Source: Phoronis australis
Taxonomy: Eukaryota; Animalia; Phoronida
Direction of reading: 5' to 3'
DNA: 64,000 nucleotides
NCBI GenBank assembly: GCA_002633005.1
Contig: NMRA01000383.1
Location: 260,951 to 324,950, forward strand
The notes beneath the pieces were generated by a model that worked only from the letters and a program-made list of their open reading frames with translations, searched no databases and had not been told where the DNA came from. Of this stretch, positions 26,845 through 39,194 are shown one piece after another (the stretch's first letter is position 1; each line of letters starts with the position of its first letter). A program made the translations under genes and the position numbers.

Positions 26845-28026
26845 AGTAATGCACAGTAGTGCAAACAAACTGTGTTTATTCAACTTTTTATTTTTAAAAG
26901 TTGGACTTATTTATAAACATATCACATATGTCATAACCCAGTTGCTTAGTCAATGACTTTGAAATGGAAGTCTACAGTCCTGTTTGATACACTAGTATGG
27001 AGCTTTTAGGCTACTCAATAATTGTGATGTCAAATTGTCAATGTCAACTAAGTACAAAAAGTCTAACACAGAAGTAAACTTTTCACATGAACTAGACAGT
27101 CCAAGTGAAGTGTCTTTGCAAAGTCAGTCACATTTTTATGTCCTGATAGCAGAGTCTACGTTTTCCATCGGTCTGTAAGTGTAATGTCTTGCACAGCATT
27201 CTTATAGTCTGAATTCGATGTTCTGAAGCTGGTACAACATACTGAACTTCTGCACTACCAGAACTCTTGTAAAAACTTCACAATATGTGGGTCCTCCCTT
27301 ATGATTGCAAATTAGGTAGGGTAAACAAAACAATTCACGAGCGTTTTCCATCTACTTGGACGGGAGTGTTGGACCTGTTGATGACAACCAATATTTCTAA
27401 AAAGATATCAATTGAATTATCAAACGCTTGCAACTACAGAATTCCCATAATTTTCAGGATTGTCACAAACTCATTTTTCCAGATGAAAACCATCTATTCT
27501 TAAGTTAAAGCGAATTGTATTCAATTGTAATTTGTATTGCCTATGTTTGACATTGTCGGCAAAAATTCGGTTCACCGTTCGTGACACGGATATTTGCGAT
27601 TCGTTGACCGAGCCCGGCAATATCATCACCGTCCGGCCCTGGATTATCTGTCGTATCTGCATCTGAGTCAACCTTAGTATATGAAACAGACTCGCTTTTT
27701 AAAATAATCCTTAGGTTTAGCTTTGCTTTTGCGCGGCAGACGACATTTCTAAGTATGTAGAATGCGCATGTCAATCGGTCGGGAAGACAGGATAGAATTC
27801 ACTAACGTAAGGACCAAGCTGGGTAAACAAGAGTCTGCGAGAATACGCGAGATATTACTGCTTGATTTCAATGAGATCACGTGATTTTGGCTGCAATTTC
27901 TCAGCTCGAGACACATATATTTTGAACTTTATTCAGTGACGTCACCCGCTGTCCCATATTTCGAAATACTCCACGGAAACGGCCAATGTCACACACGGGC
28001 GGCACGGCTACTATTGAGCTTGCGAA

Positions 28027-28196
28027 TGTTGATTAGAATCGCTTCCATGACCAGACTCTATTTATCATTACAGACTCATATATCACTGCTGAGCATGCGC
28101 AGTGTCTTTTCTCTGCCCTCCACGTTTCATAGTGCGTAGTTTGTAGACGTGTATTTTATAGCTCTCAATAAATCAGTTATGGATCGCAAATCAACA
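28027..28196 (+). repeat. 5' LTR of the copia element (170 bp)
   Basis: TGTTGATT...AATCAACA 8-bp terminal inverted repeat, AATAAA at 28167, directly followed by the PBS. Confidence 0.85.
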
Positions 28197-28210
28197 GGTT
28201 ATGGGCCCAG
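28197..28210 (+). promoter_or_regulatory. Primer-binding site for the tRNA-iMet half-molecule (classic copia type)
   Basis: GGTTATGGGCCCAG is complementary to the anticodon-arm region of initiator tRNA-Met. Confidence 0.9.
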
Positions 28211-31200
28211 AAATCGCCTATACTTTACTGGCAATGCTGAAGATTTCAAAGTGTGGGAAACGCGATTCCTAAACTATTTGTACACACAAGACAAAGGGTA
28301 TTACAACGCCCTTATCGACGATCAACCGGATTTGGATTTCGCCGCAAAGAACCGGGCCGCATATGCAGAACTAGTACAAGTTCTCGACGAACGATCACTC
28401 AGAATGCTGATCATGAACGATAACCCAAATGACGGAAAAGCAGCCTACCAAACGCTAAAAGCGCACTATGACAGTACAGAAAAACCACGAGTGTTAACAC
28501 TGTACGAGGAGCTGACAACATTGGTGATGAAACCAGAAGAAAACATCACCGACTACATAATCCGTGCCGAACGCGCATCAACTGGTTTAATGACAGCAGG
28601 TGAGAACATTTCTGACAATCTTGTGATCGCAATGGTATTAAAACGCCTTCCCGAATCATATCGACCATTTGTTGTTGTGCACACACAACTAGATAAATAC
28701 AAAACACTAGTTGAGTTCAAAACTGCACTCTCAAACTACGTGAACACGGAAGCCATGAGAACCCCTGTACCACAAGCATGCGCCATGGCAAGTTCGCAAG
28801 TCGCCGGCAGACACTCGACTATGCGCTCTAACGTCCAGTGCAACGCGTGGGCCAAATACGGACACACAACTCAAGAATGTCGCTCGAAAGCCAAACTGAA
28901 ATGCACCTACTGTCATAAAATGCGACACAACGAAGAGGCCTGTTTCAAGAAGAAGAGAGACACCTCAACCAACACGGCAAAACTGTCTACAGGGAACAAC
29001 TATTCGTTCACCTCAAACGTAGACGGGTCAACAACTAGAAGCGGAAAATTTCTGGTCGACTGTGGAGCAACCTCTCACATGGTAAACAGCGGCGATTGCT
29101 TCACCAGCTTCGACAAATCTTTTAACCCCGAAAAGCACTACATAGAACTGGCCGATGGTAGTAAGAGCAAGAAACTTGCAACAGCCAAAGGGGAAGCTAC
29201 TTTCACAGTGTTGGATTCAAAGGGGATCGAACGGAAAATTGTTTGCAAAAATGCGCTGCTGGTACGGACGTACCCAGTCAGCCTATTTTCCGTACGGGCA
29301 GCCGTAGCCAAATGGTGCTAGCACAATTCACTCTCACACAATGTGACGAAGTTCAACATTTTGCAACACGGGAAACTCTACTTCCTCGAAAAGGCGGGAA
29401 AAGTGACCGATCACGCCAGCGTATCACGTACCCTGGATGAATGGCACGTCATTCTCGGACACATGAATCACGAAGACATACTTAAGTTACAAACGGTTTG
29501 TCTTGCAATGAATGTGACCAAAACCGGCGATAAGTTATGCGAGACCTGCCAACGCTGCAAAATAACTAAACAGCCGAAGAACAAACATGTCCTCGCTTCG
29601 CTCGCGACACGCCCACTCGAACGAGTCCACACAGATGTCTGCGGGCCACTGTGACCCCTACATCAATAGAAGGTTACAAGTACATCGTTAATTTTGTAGA
29701 TGAGTACTCCAGTATGCTGTTTGTTTACTTCATGCGATCCAAAGACGAAACACATGTCGCACTCAAAAGCTTCATCGCTGACATCGCACCAATCGGACGA
29801 ATATCCGAGATACACAGCGACAATGGTGGCGAATACGTCGGGGCCAATTTCCGTAAAGTGCTCATTGATAACGGCATAAAATAAACCACTACAGCGCCCC
29901 ACACGCCATTTCAGAACGGTAAATCTGAACGCTCTTGGCGCAGTCTGATGGATATGGCTCGTTGTTTGCGCGAAGACGGATCAACTCCAAAAAACCTCTG
30001 GTCATACGCCGTGAAACACACGCATTATTTGCGAAACAGAAGTTTTCAACAGAAAACAAAAACAACAGCTTACGAACTGTTCTGTGATCAAAAACCCGAC
30101 ATGCGACTCATACATGCATTCGGAACACAGTGCACTGCATACATCGAGGGTCACAAGCAGAAATTCGACAATCGCGGGGAACCCGGAATTTACCTTGGCA
30201 TCAACCCAATTAATAAAGGCTACTTCGTTCTCTGCAGGAATGGACGATTTAATGACCTCGCGAAATGTCTTGTTTGGCAAACAAACGACACGTGACGCCG
30301 AACCAGACGGAGATGACACGCCCATCAAGCTGATAAAACCCGGTGCATCAGAACCGACTGGCAGCCGGCACGATGAGGCACAAACTCAGACACCAGATGT
30401 CAAGGAGGAGGAGCCAACTGGCCATGAGCGACCATGTCGAGAAACCAGACCTCCCAAATATTTGGACGATTATCATGTGTATATGTCTGCAACTGTGGAC
30501 TATGCGTACAGGGCGATACATATGATACCGGAGACATATGCAGAAGCTATTAACTCACATGATAGTGATAAATGCAAAACGGCTATGGACATTGAAATTG
30601 AAACTTTACAAGAAAACAACACATATGACCTTGTTGACCTGCCGGAAGGTAGAGCTGAAACAAAAGGTAGATGGGTTTACACCCTAAAACAGGGACGGAT
30701 CCCAAATGACGTGCAACACAAAGCGCGTTACGTCGCGAAGGGATACTCACAAATCACTGGGGTTGACTTCGACGAGACGTTCTCACTCACGACACGTCTC
30801 ACGTCAATCCGCATGCTACTGCAAAAAGCCGCCAATGAACAGTTGGAGCTACACCAGATGGATGTCAAGGGCGCGTATCTTAATGCACCCATTGATAAAG
30901 ACATCTACGTTGAACAGCCGCCCGGATACGAACAATCTGGCACGAACAGCAAACTCACATGTCACTTGAAGAAATCACTCTACGGATTACGTCAGAGCGG
31001 ACGCAACTGGAACGCGACCCTTGCTGATTTCCTCAAGCTCGCGAGATTTCGTGTGAGCAATAACGACCTGTGCGTCTACGTTAACGACGACACAAACATG
31101 TTTGTTTTGTTTTGGGTCGATGACATAATTTTGGCAAGTGACAACACTGAATGCATTAAGCATATGAAGGAACAACTAAGTGAACGCTTCCGAATGGACG

Positions 31201-31734
31201 ACCGTGGACCCCTACACTGGTTCTTGGGAATAGATTTCTATCGCTTACCTGACGGCTCATACATGATGAGTCAAGAACGTTGTGTTGAGACGATACTCAA
31301 ACGTTTTGACATGTACGAGTGCAAGCCTGCACTGACACCTGTAGACACTAGTGCGATACTTGCCAAATCGTCAGACGAGGAACACGCTCAGTTTCTCAAA
31401 CTAGGATTTCCCTACCGTCAAGCCGTAGGAAGTCTAGTTTATCTCGCGAATGCCACACGCCCGGACATCTCTTGGACATTGTCAAAATTGTCACAGTTCC
31501 TCGACAAAACTGGATCGGCACACGTGACCGCTATAAAGCGCGTATTGCGATACCTCAAAGGGACCAAAACGTTGGCGCTTACTTTCAGAACAACGAATAG
31601 TCTGTTAACAGGATACTCCGACTCGGACTGGGCAGGAGACGTCGATGATCGTCGATCTACTTCCGGTTTTATCTTCACGCTTAGTTCGACAGCCACGTGC
31701 TGGGCACAATCTTTGTTTTACTCACGACTTTTCA

Positions 31735-31788
31735 TGGTAGCAGAGCAAGGTTACGATCCTCGGACCTCTGGATTATGGGCCCAGCTCG
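31735..31788 (-). pseudogene. Retro-copied partial mature initiator tRNA-Met (positions ~23-76 including CCA)
   Basis: TGGTAGCAGAGCAAGGTTaCGATCCTCGGACCTCTGGaTTATGGGCCCAGCtCG is the reverse complement of invertebrate tRNA-iMet as I recall it, with 3 mismatches. Lacks the 5' end and A-box. Confidence 0.9.
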
Positions 31789-33014
31789 TGGCTGTCGAAC
31801 TAAGTGTCCAGCCAGTTTTGCCCACATACTGTTTTTGAACACCCCGTGTCAAGAATAGCATAGTTCTTGGTTTCTGTCAGCAAAACTGTGTCATTGTCCA
31901 GTGACCAGTCAGAATATTATGTAACTACAGGATATAAACACATTCTAATATAGTTATCAACATCAGTGCTGTAAGTTCCCACACTGGGTGCATGTTACCA
32001 TGACACCAACACATGATTGACAGGTTACTCATACGTAGGCCCTACCTGCGTGTTGAATCCCGCTGCTTTCTTTGGCCATTAGAAACGAGACACATATTGA
32101 AAGAAGCTCCTATGTTACTTGTCGGCCTTTCCACGTCACGATTGCCTGCCGGGACATTGCGCGCAAACAGCGGGACCGACCAGTGACGCAGTGCGATATA
32201 GTGTAGGTGATATAATAGGATATAATCTAGACATTTTGCATGTAAAATAAATGTGTTTTCCACCACAAAGTTAGTCTACTCAGAATGAATTTAAATGTCA
32301 CTGTTTTGTGACGTTTTTATCACATATTGATGCCGTGGTTCGAACTTTTCTTCTTGATTGACGACTGGCTCATGACCGCTTACCCCCCCCCCCCCGATTC
32401 TTGTCTTACTTCTTTGCCGAGCATGTTTTGCACAACAGGAAGTGAAAATGTTATTGAGTCACGGAGTGTCGACTATAAACATCTCAAACACAAAAAAACA
32501 CTTGAATTAGTTTTTCAAACTTTACAACTAATTTTAAAACTGCTTCTGACTCAGAACTTGAAAGCTAGCCCTTGATATCAGCTGTGACCTCTGCAACACG
32601 TGAAGCTTGCACGCGCACTTTTGTAGTGTGACCGCTTGCAATCCAAATGGAGTGCTGCATGGTCACTGGTCGTCTGCGCACTACAGTTCTAACAAACTAA
32701 CAAGACCGCAGGATGGCATGGGTCTATTACTCAGCAATTTTTTACATTTAATTGTGAATGACTAATCTGAGAGCAACAGAACCTTTGTTGGGATCATCCG
32801 CTGTTCTGAAGTTTTTACCGTCGTTTAGTGACGTGACGTTAAAGCTATTTGAAAAGTGCTACACGTTCCGAGTATGTGTGTCGTGTGAGGACTTAGATCA
32901 CAAGGTAATATTAACTGCCCAGGGCGGTTGTCTGTCGTAATAAGCGCCCATGTTCGGTTAACCACCCACCCTGGATTTCATGAAGTTTCACGTTTAAGCG
33001 CCCATGTCTGATAA

Positions 33015-33260
33015 TAAAAATAAAAAAAATAATTGCAGGCGGTCTGATACACGTTGTACCAGACGTGCGCAGGCCTCGCATGTGGGCCCATTGCACTGAT
33101 CACCTGGAAATATTTTTATGCTTTATTAATATATGGTTAAAACCGAGCTGAGGAGCTAGAAACCTGACTCAAGGGCTTAGCAGTGTAACCTGGTGGGACT
33201 TGAACCCACGACCTCGAGCAAAGAAAGCGGGCACTTATCAACCAGGCCACACTGCCTCCT
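33015..33260 (-). mobile_element. tRNA-derived SINE, copy 1
   Basis: Minus-strand head GGAGGCAGTGTGGCCTGGTTGATAAG...GGTTCAAGTCC (A and B boxes), T-rich tail, 14-bp TSD CCCATGTCTGATAA. A closely related copy is at 56854-57079. Confidence 0.9.
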
Positions 33261-34420
33261 CCCATGTCTGATAAACGTCCACCCCCAATTTTTTGGGTTT
33301 GCCAATTTAACCGCCCAGGGCTTTAACGCGAACATTTGCGGTAGTAGCGTCAACCATGATCCATCATTTCGTTCTTGAAGTCACTTTCTGAGTTTTTAAA
33401 AATCACAACCATATTATTTCGAAGTTACAGCCCTCCAAGCCCGTGAGAGCAAGCACACAATACTGCGTCTTTCGCTCCGTGTCTTTACTGCAAGGAGTCA
33501 ATACTCTGAAAATACAATCTTCGCAGTAATAACCCTTCTGTGTTACAACTCATCCATCTTAAAGTCTTATTTTAAAGGGCATTCTAGTTCTAAATCTTAA
33601 AAATATACCAAATTAAGTAAAAATCAACACAGCATAATGTTCAATCCTTTCTGTTATCAAACGCAAAGCCTTTTTTAGCGCAGTTTTGTACCTCGGCCGA
33701 GATCAGACAATTATCGACTTTTCCCGTCTATTTCTGTGACCTGAGTTCCTGTGTGTCAGTTCATGAATGATTCCTGAATGCCAGCCATGTTGTCCTTGAA
33801 AACGTATTGACGTCACCACGAGCGTAAATGCGTTGTTGATTCCCATTTTGGTTCTTTTTATACAAACTTGATTATTTATTGTTCTAATTTTACCTGTTCT
33901 TTGCGTATGACGAATGGTATTTAATGCATTATTATAAGTTTGATGGACCGTCGCAAAGTCTACCGCATAGCCACCGCTCGGCTACTGAGGTCAGCCCTGA
34001 CTCATCACGAGGGTATGCCAAATTTCAGCAACAGTACCCGGGTAGTGGCGGTGCGATCTTTGGGTCGGAATTGTGAGTGACGTGTTTATTTAAACTTTCT
34101 TCGACTACGGATTGTGTATTGGTCATGGGATAGGTAGTGCTTGGGTCCCTATAATTTATTCTAACCATTCAATAAGGGTTAAAAACGTGTGCTTCTAGGA
34201 CTTTAAAGAAAATAATTGCGTATTCATTGATGGCGTCAAAGATATAGCAGTGTTTAAAAAAAGAATATCATGCCTAATAGAAATGCACACAACATTCAGT
34301 TTAGATTTGCCAGCAGGCCTTACGCAGTGTGTATCCTGGGCTTCGAAATGGACGCCCAGGCACAGGCATCTATAAACACCAAAACGTTAATAAACAATAC
34401 AACTGCTTGGTCAATATTCA

Positions 34421-34505
34421 GATATATTGCGCCCACCATTTTGAGAGCCTGTTTTATCCTCTGAATAACTGGCATTAAACTGGTTCTCAAAATGTTGGCA
34501 TGTCA
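34421..34505. repeat. About 90-bp hairpin mini-element, copy 1
   Basis: CATTTTGAGA...TCTCAAAATG core; homologous to 56451-56538 and 57342-57429 with the loop inverted. Confidence 0.65.
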
Positions 34506-34887
34506 TAAGGGAATACTCAGCGATAACCTTCCCACGATGCCTGTTACTCTATAAAAGTGTCTTTGTATTGTGAACATCATCTAGATACATGTACATATTG
34601 AAGGCAAATAAAATTATCTATAATTACATGTCATTACAAACATCTGTTGAGTGATTATTTCTGACGAGAGCGATTTTCAAATGCAAAATCTTGCCAATTA
34701 TTACTGAGTGTCGTAGCATTTTAGTGTGATGTGTTCTTTCCAAAAAAATAAAAATAAATACATGTGTATGATTCTATTGTAGGCAAATGTTCACTTCTAA
34801 CTATGCTCAATTGGTTACTGTACATCTGATGTCCGGTAGCTAACTGTGCATAGAGCCAATATTACAATAGTCTTTATTTATATCCGT

Positions 34888-34932
34888 CGTTAGCAACCCG
34901 TTAGCAACCTGTTAGCAACCTGTTAGCAACCA
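34888..34932. repeat. 11-bp tandem repeat x4
   Basis: (GTTAGCAACCY)4. Confidence 0.9.
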
Positions 34933-36094
34933 GGAAGAACAGGCAGCCATTTTGATGGCTTGATTACATAAGATTTTACTGTTTTGATTGGAATTTTATT
35001 GCATTTCTTTGATGCAACACAGATTAAAAATGGGGTAAATAGAACGAGCGGAGCAGTGACATGTTGGGTTAGCGAGGGGGAGCAGGAAATAATAGCTTTC
35101 AAAAGCACGGAAGGCAAAATTCCGACATTCAGCAAGGCGCAAGGCAAGGAGTGCGATGACTCAGCCAGTGTCGCTATTGATAACAAATGGTAATTTTCGG
35201 AGGACAGTTCAGGCTATATTATGTCTGACTGTGAGGGAATTGATGACACTTTGCTCATTATGCCGAAATTGATAGCGGTGTCGTTTGCTTACACTTGGCA
35301 CCACAACAACCCAGTTTCTTGTGTCGTTATGGTGTTGGAACTGTAATCGGACTTGTCTTGGACTATGATGTATTGCCTTCATGTGTTTTGGTAGAAAATG
35401 GTTGCTACAACATTGTGGAGTGGATTTATAGTTATCGCCAAAATTTAGTGAAAAACCTCACTAGTTCTATCAAGTCCATTGAGACAGCAGAAATTGTCGA
35501 GCTAGGTTGGCTACCAAAAATAGCAAATTAACACAGCTCAGGAAGATCAGAAAGGAAAAACCTATGGTGCTAGGATGAACATTGACTAAATTATGCTAAA
35601 AAATGACATGAAAATTGTGTTTCATATCATCTATAACAGGATATGATAACGAAAAATGCATTGCTAACTTTTTTCTTGAGAGTTTTTGGGCTAAGAAATG
35701 TTGTAAATAAAAAACTGTGTGAGCTATACTTACGAAATTTGGCGTACACTACCTTTACATGTATATCTACAAAACTACTGAAGCATTTTTTTTTCAAAAT
35801 CTCAACTGAAAAAATTATGATTTCTGAAAAATTGTTTATTCCCGATTATTTTTTTACCAATTTTCAAGACGATATAAAAAATTACTGTTAGGAAATTTTT
35901 AATTTCCTTCTGTAGTTTTGTAGATCCTTACTTTTATTATAATTCAAAGAAAACAGATCAGAAATATGTTAATGAGTTGTAACGTTTCTCGTGGATGTAC
36001 CAATGTTACGTAATTTTTGGCATTGTCATGGCAACCAAATATTTTTTCTCGAAACGATTTTTTGTGATTGCCATATCAAAAGCAACATCCCTGC

Positions 36095-36198
36095 TGGAGG
36101 GGGTGGGTGGTTGAGTTTGGGGGGGGTAAGGGAGGGGGTGGGTGGTGNTTAGGGAGGGGTGGGTAGAGGTGGGTGGGTGTTGGGAGTGGGGGGAGAGG
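36095..36198 (+). repeat. G-rich low-complexity tract
   Basis: More than 10 GGG+ runs with short spacers. Confidence 0.8.
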
Positions 36199-38494
36199 TT
36201 CTCCAAATGATGGAAGGTTTGTGCCATAGACATTTTGACCCAAAGCAGTACCACAACCGGTTAAATAGGTACTATAAAATCTCTCCAGTAAGGGACAGTG
36301 AAAATAACTATTTTGCTCATTAATTAAGAATTTTAATTCGTAAAGAACTTGTACCAAGTTTTAGAAGTAGGCAACATTCACCATCCCAAATTCAAGAATT
36401 ATGATCAACAGCAAACTATTGTTGTCCTCAGGATGCATGGAAAGGTTAATGGCAGCTATTTGTGATGATTTTATGAACTGCCCAATCAGTTTTCAGATTC
36501 TTTTGATACACAACATAAATTCAATGTTGAAATATGACAAATATAATGGTGAACATTAAAATCGACTGTGTCCCAATCCTCAGAGTAAAGAAAATTCAAT
36601 TTCTGCTCGAATTTCTGTGTGACCAATCATTGCCAAGTTTTTTTTCCTGAGGCCAGAAGAGTTCTTTTGTGTTGTTCGTCTGTTTGGTTCATGGTGCAAT
36701 GGCCCAATCCAATAAAAGATTTTCCATATTGGTGATCTCTAGAGAAATTCAATCACTATAGAGGTTCATTACCGTGGTAATTTAAAAGCAGTCAGGAATG
36801 CCACTGTCCGCCCCTCCAATTGTTTAATTATAGGGTCGACCCAGATTGAAATCCTGCGCAGTGGGATGTATATGGAACACGAGTCTTTCATCTATGAATA
36901 TTTCACGAGGTTCTGCCTTTTTTGTAAGCCACATGTCTTGAACACATCCACTACCAAAAGAAATTGTAGGAACACCGCATTTATCCACCTTCACTCTTAT
37001 CAGGCTTCTATTGTGAGTCAGCATGCGTGAATAATTGGCTGATAAGCCACCTCTGGAACCACTTTTGGCCGAATGGATTGAATGGATGACCAGGCCATAA
37101 AATGGTAATTAGTCAAGACCAGTTAATAATGGAACAAAGAATAATGTCGTAGCATCACCTAGCCTTGGTGGAAAGTTGTATACTGTATTGGCTCTAATAA
37201 ACGCTTAGAAAAATTCATTTCACGGGGAGGGGACGCTTATTGTAGCCTACGGCAGTTGAAACCCGGTTTCCCAAACGGGTAAAATCGGAAGCTAGGATTC
37301 ATCAAATTTACGCTCTGTGACGTATTTGTAGCCTATGACAGTCTTTCTACAAAATTGTGGTGCATTGCCATCAACTTCCGTTGTTAAATTACGATAATTT
37401 TTCAAAAAGTTTTGCTCATCACAGGGCGAAAACTTGCCGACTGATGCGTCGCTGAATCGCGATCGTCAATAGAAAAACTTGGAACTCTTGAATAAAAATA
37501 TAGTTTCGACTCAACAAATTACCTGAAGTCTTCCTTATGTTTTACAATTTTTAAAGTACATGTGGAGTCCAGATTAATTGCGATTAAGTCCAAATATGCG
37601 CTACATCGTACCCCACAACACGAGAAAAATCTCTGGATGAACGCACATGTTGTTGTCACGTGACGTTTGTTTTGAAGTTCGTCTGCGTATGAGAGTGAGT
37701 GAGCGTGCATGTGCGGGTCATCGATGACAGACTTTTTTGTTACAAAAGGCGGAGGATTATGCAAGAAAATGGCGTTTACTAGATTGTTTTTCACTTAAAC
37801 GGCTGCAACATGCAAGGTAAGTGCTGGTTAACTCACAGATTTTGTGTGCACAGGCCGACGGTCGTTAGCTCTACCCGGCCGTGGAGTATTAACAGTCCAA
37901 GGCTCGATCTACATCATGTTGGGGACGAGGTGAACTACCCGGGCTGTGTGAAATGTTTGGGTCTAACGGAGACACTGACGCAGTGGTCAGCCAGCTCACT
38001 GTATCAAGACTATAGCCAAAATCCAAATTCGTTTCATCGTGTCCCTGTCAATAATAACGGCCTGCTTAAGTTTCTTAATTTTCGTACTTCAGGAACATAA
38101 CAATCACTTGTTTTGTACACATAACGCGCACGCCGCAGATCACATATCGGAAATTGCCGATTTGACGGATGACAATGAATGAGCTCAGTGAAATTAAACA
38201 ACGTTGTTTTACAGCTTGTAAGATTCATAATAAACGTATTTTGAATATTGAAATGCATGTGTTCCAAAATATAAATAACTTGGGTCCTATATTTTTGCAT
38301 TCGTGCGCGCCAAATGAAAGTAATCGTGAGTGTTGCTGTGTTGCAAAATCTCTTATCCTGGGCCGATTTGAAAAATTCAAAGTTATACTCATATTTGTTT
38401 TCGCTCCTCTTTTCAAATATTACAGTAAAAACTACGTAAAACTCTGTCCATAAAAAGTACAGTCTGCTAGCTAGATTGTAATCAGCTGATCATA

Positions 38495-39194
38495 CAGGCG
38501 TCCTCACCTTCTGATCGTCCCCAATACACTACATATAATACTACAAGGTATGACACTCCCGACTAGAAATTCCACGGGTGCTTCACTTCAGCCGTCCATA
38601 GCAAAAATAAAACTCAATAAATTTACACAAAACAGAGGTTCAACAAACCATGAAGAATTGTTCTTTCTCCCAATACCATTCATGGTGTCCTGTTCTGCCG
38701 ACTTCGTAAGAAATTCGCTGTCAAAGAACAAAAATGTTCACAAAAATCCCCCACACACTTTCATCGTGGGCCGCTCGAGGTCAAGGACGGTACGGAAATC
38801 GCCGGTGAGTTACGGAAGTACTCAGTAGTTATTCTACTGGCGGCTAAGTGTAGAGTTATCGACATTGTGACTTTGTGCGACAAACCGGCAATTTCCGTAC
38901 CGTCCTTGACCTCGAGCGGCCCACGATGAAAGTGTGTAGGGGCTTTTCGTGAAATTTTTGTTCTTTGACTGTGAATTTCTTACGAAGTCGCCGGAACAGG
39001 ACACCGTGAATGGTATTGGGAGAAAGAACAATTCTTCATGGTTTGTTGAACCTCTGTTTTGTGTAAATTTATTGAGTTTTGTATTTGCTATGGACGGCTG
39101 AAGTGAAGCACCCGTGGAATTTCTAGTCGGGAGTGTCATACCATGTAGTATTATATGTAGTGTATTGGGGACGATCAGAAGGTGAGGACGCCTG
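38495..39194. mobile_element. 700-bp foldback non-autonomous DNA transposon (hAT- or P-like, 8-bp TSD)
   Basis: About 320-bp near-perfect inverted arms starting CAGGCGTCCTCACC, a ~65-bp spacer, and TGATCATA on both flanks. Confidence 0.93.

Larger units (their letters stand above)
28027..31706 (+). mobile_element. Ty1/copia LTR retrotransposon, decayed, truncated within RNase H, no 3' LTR
   Basis: Domain order gag-PR-IN-RT-RH: Zn knuckle CTYCHKMRHNEEAC, PR FLVDCGATSHM, WHVILGH..CETC, IN VHTDVCGP/HSDNGGEY/QNGKSER, RT QMDVKGAYLN/SLYGLRQSGRNW/WVDD, RH GYSDSDWAGD. Several frameshifts and a stop at 29882. Confidence 0.97.

Noticed and set aside
31735-31788. Functional tRNA-iMet gene
   Set aside because: It lacks the 5' acceptor strand, D-arm and A-box, and it includes CCA, so it is a retro-copy.
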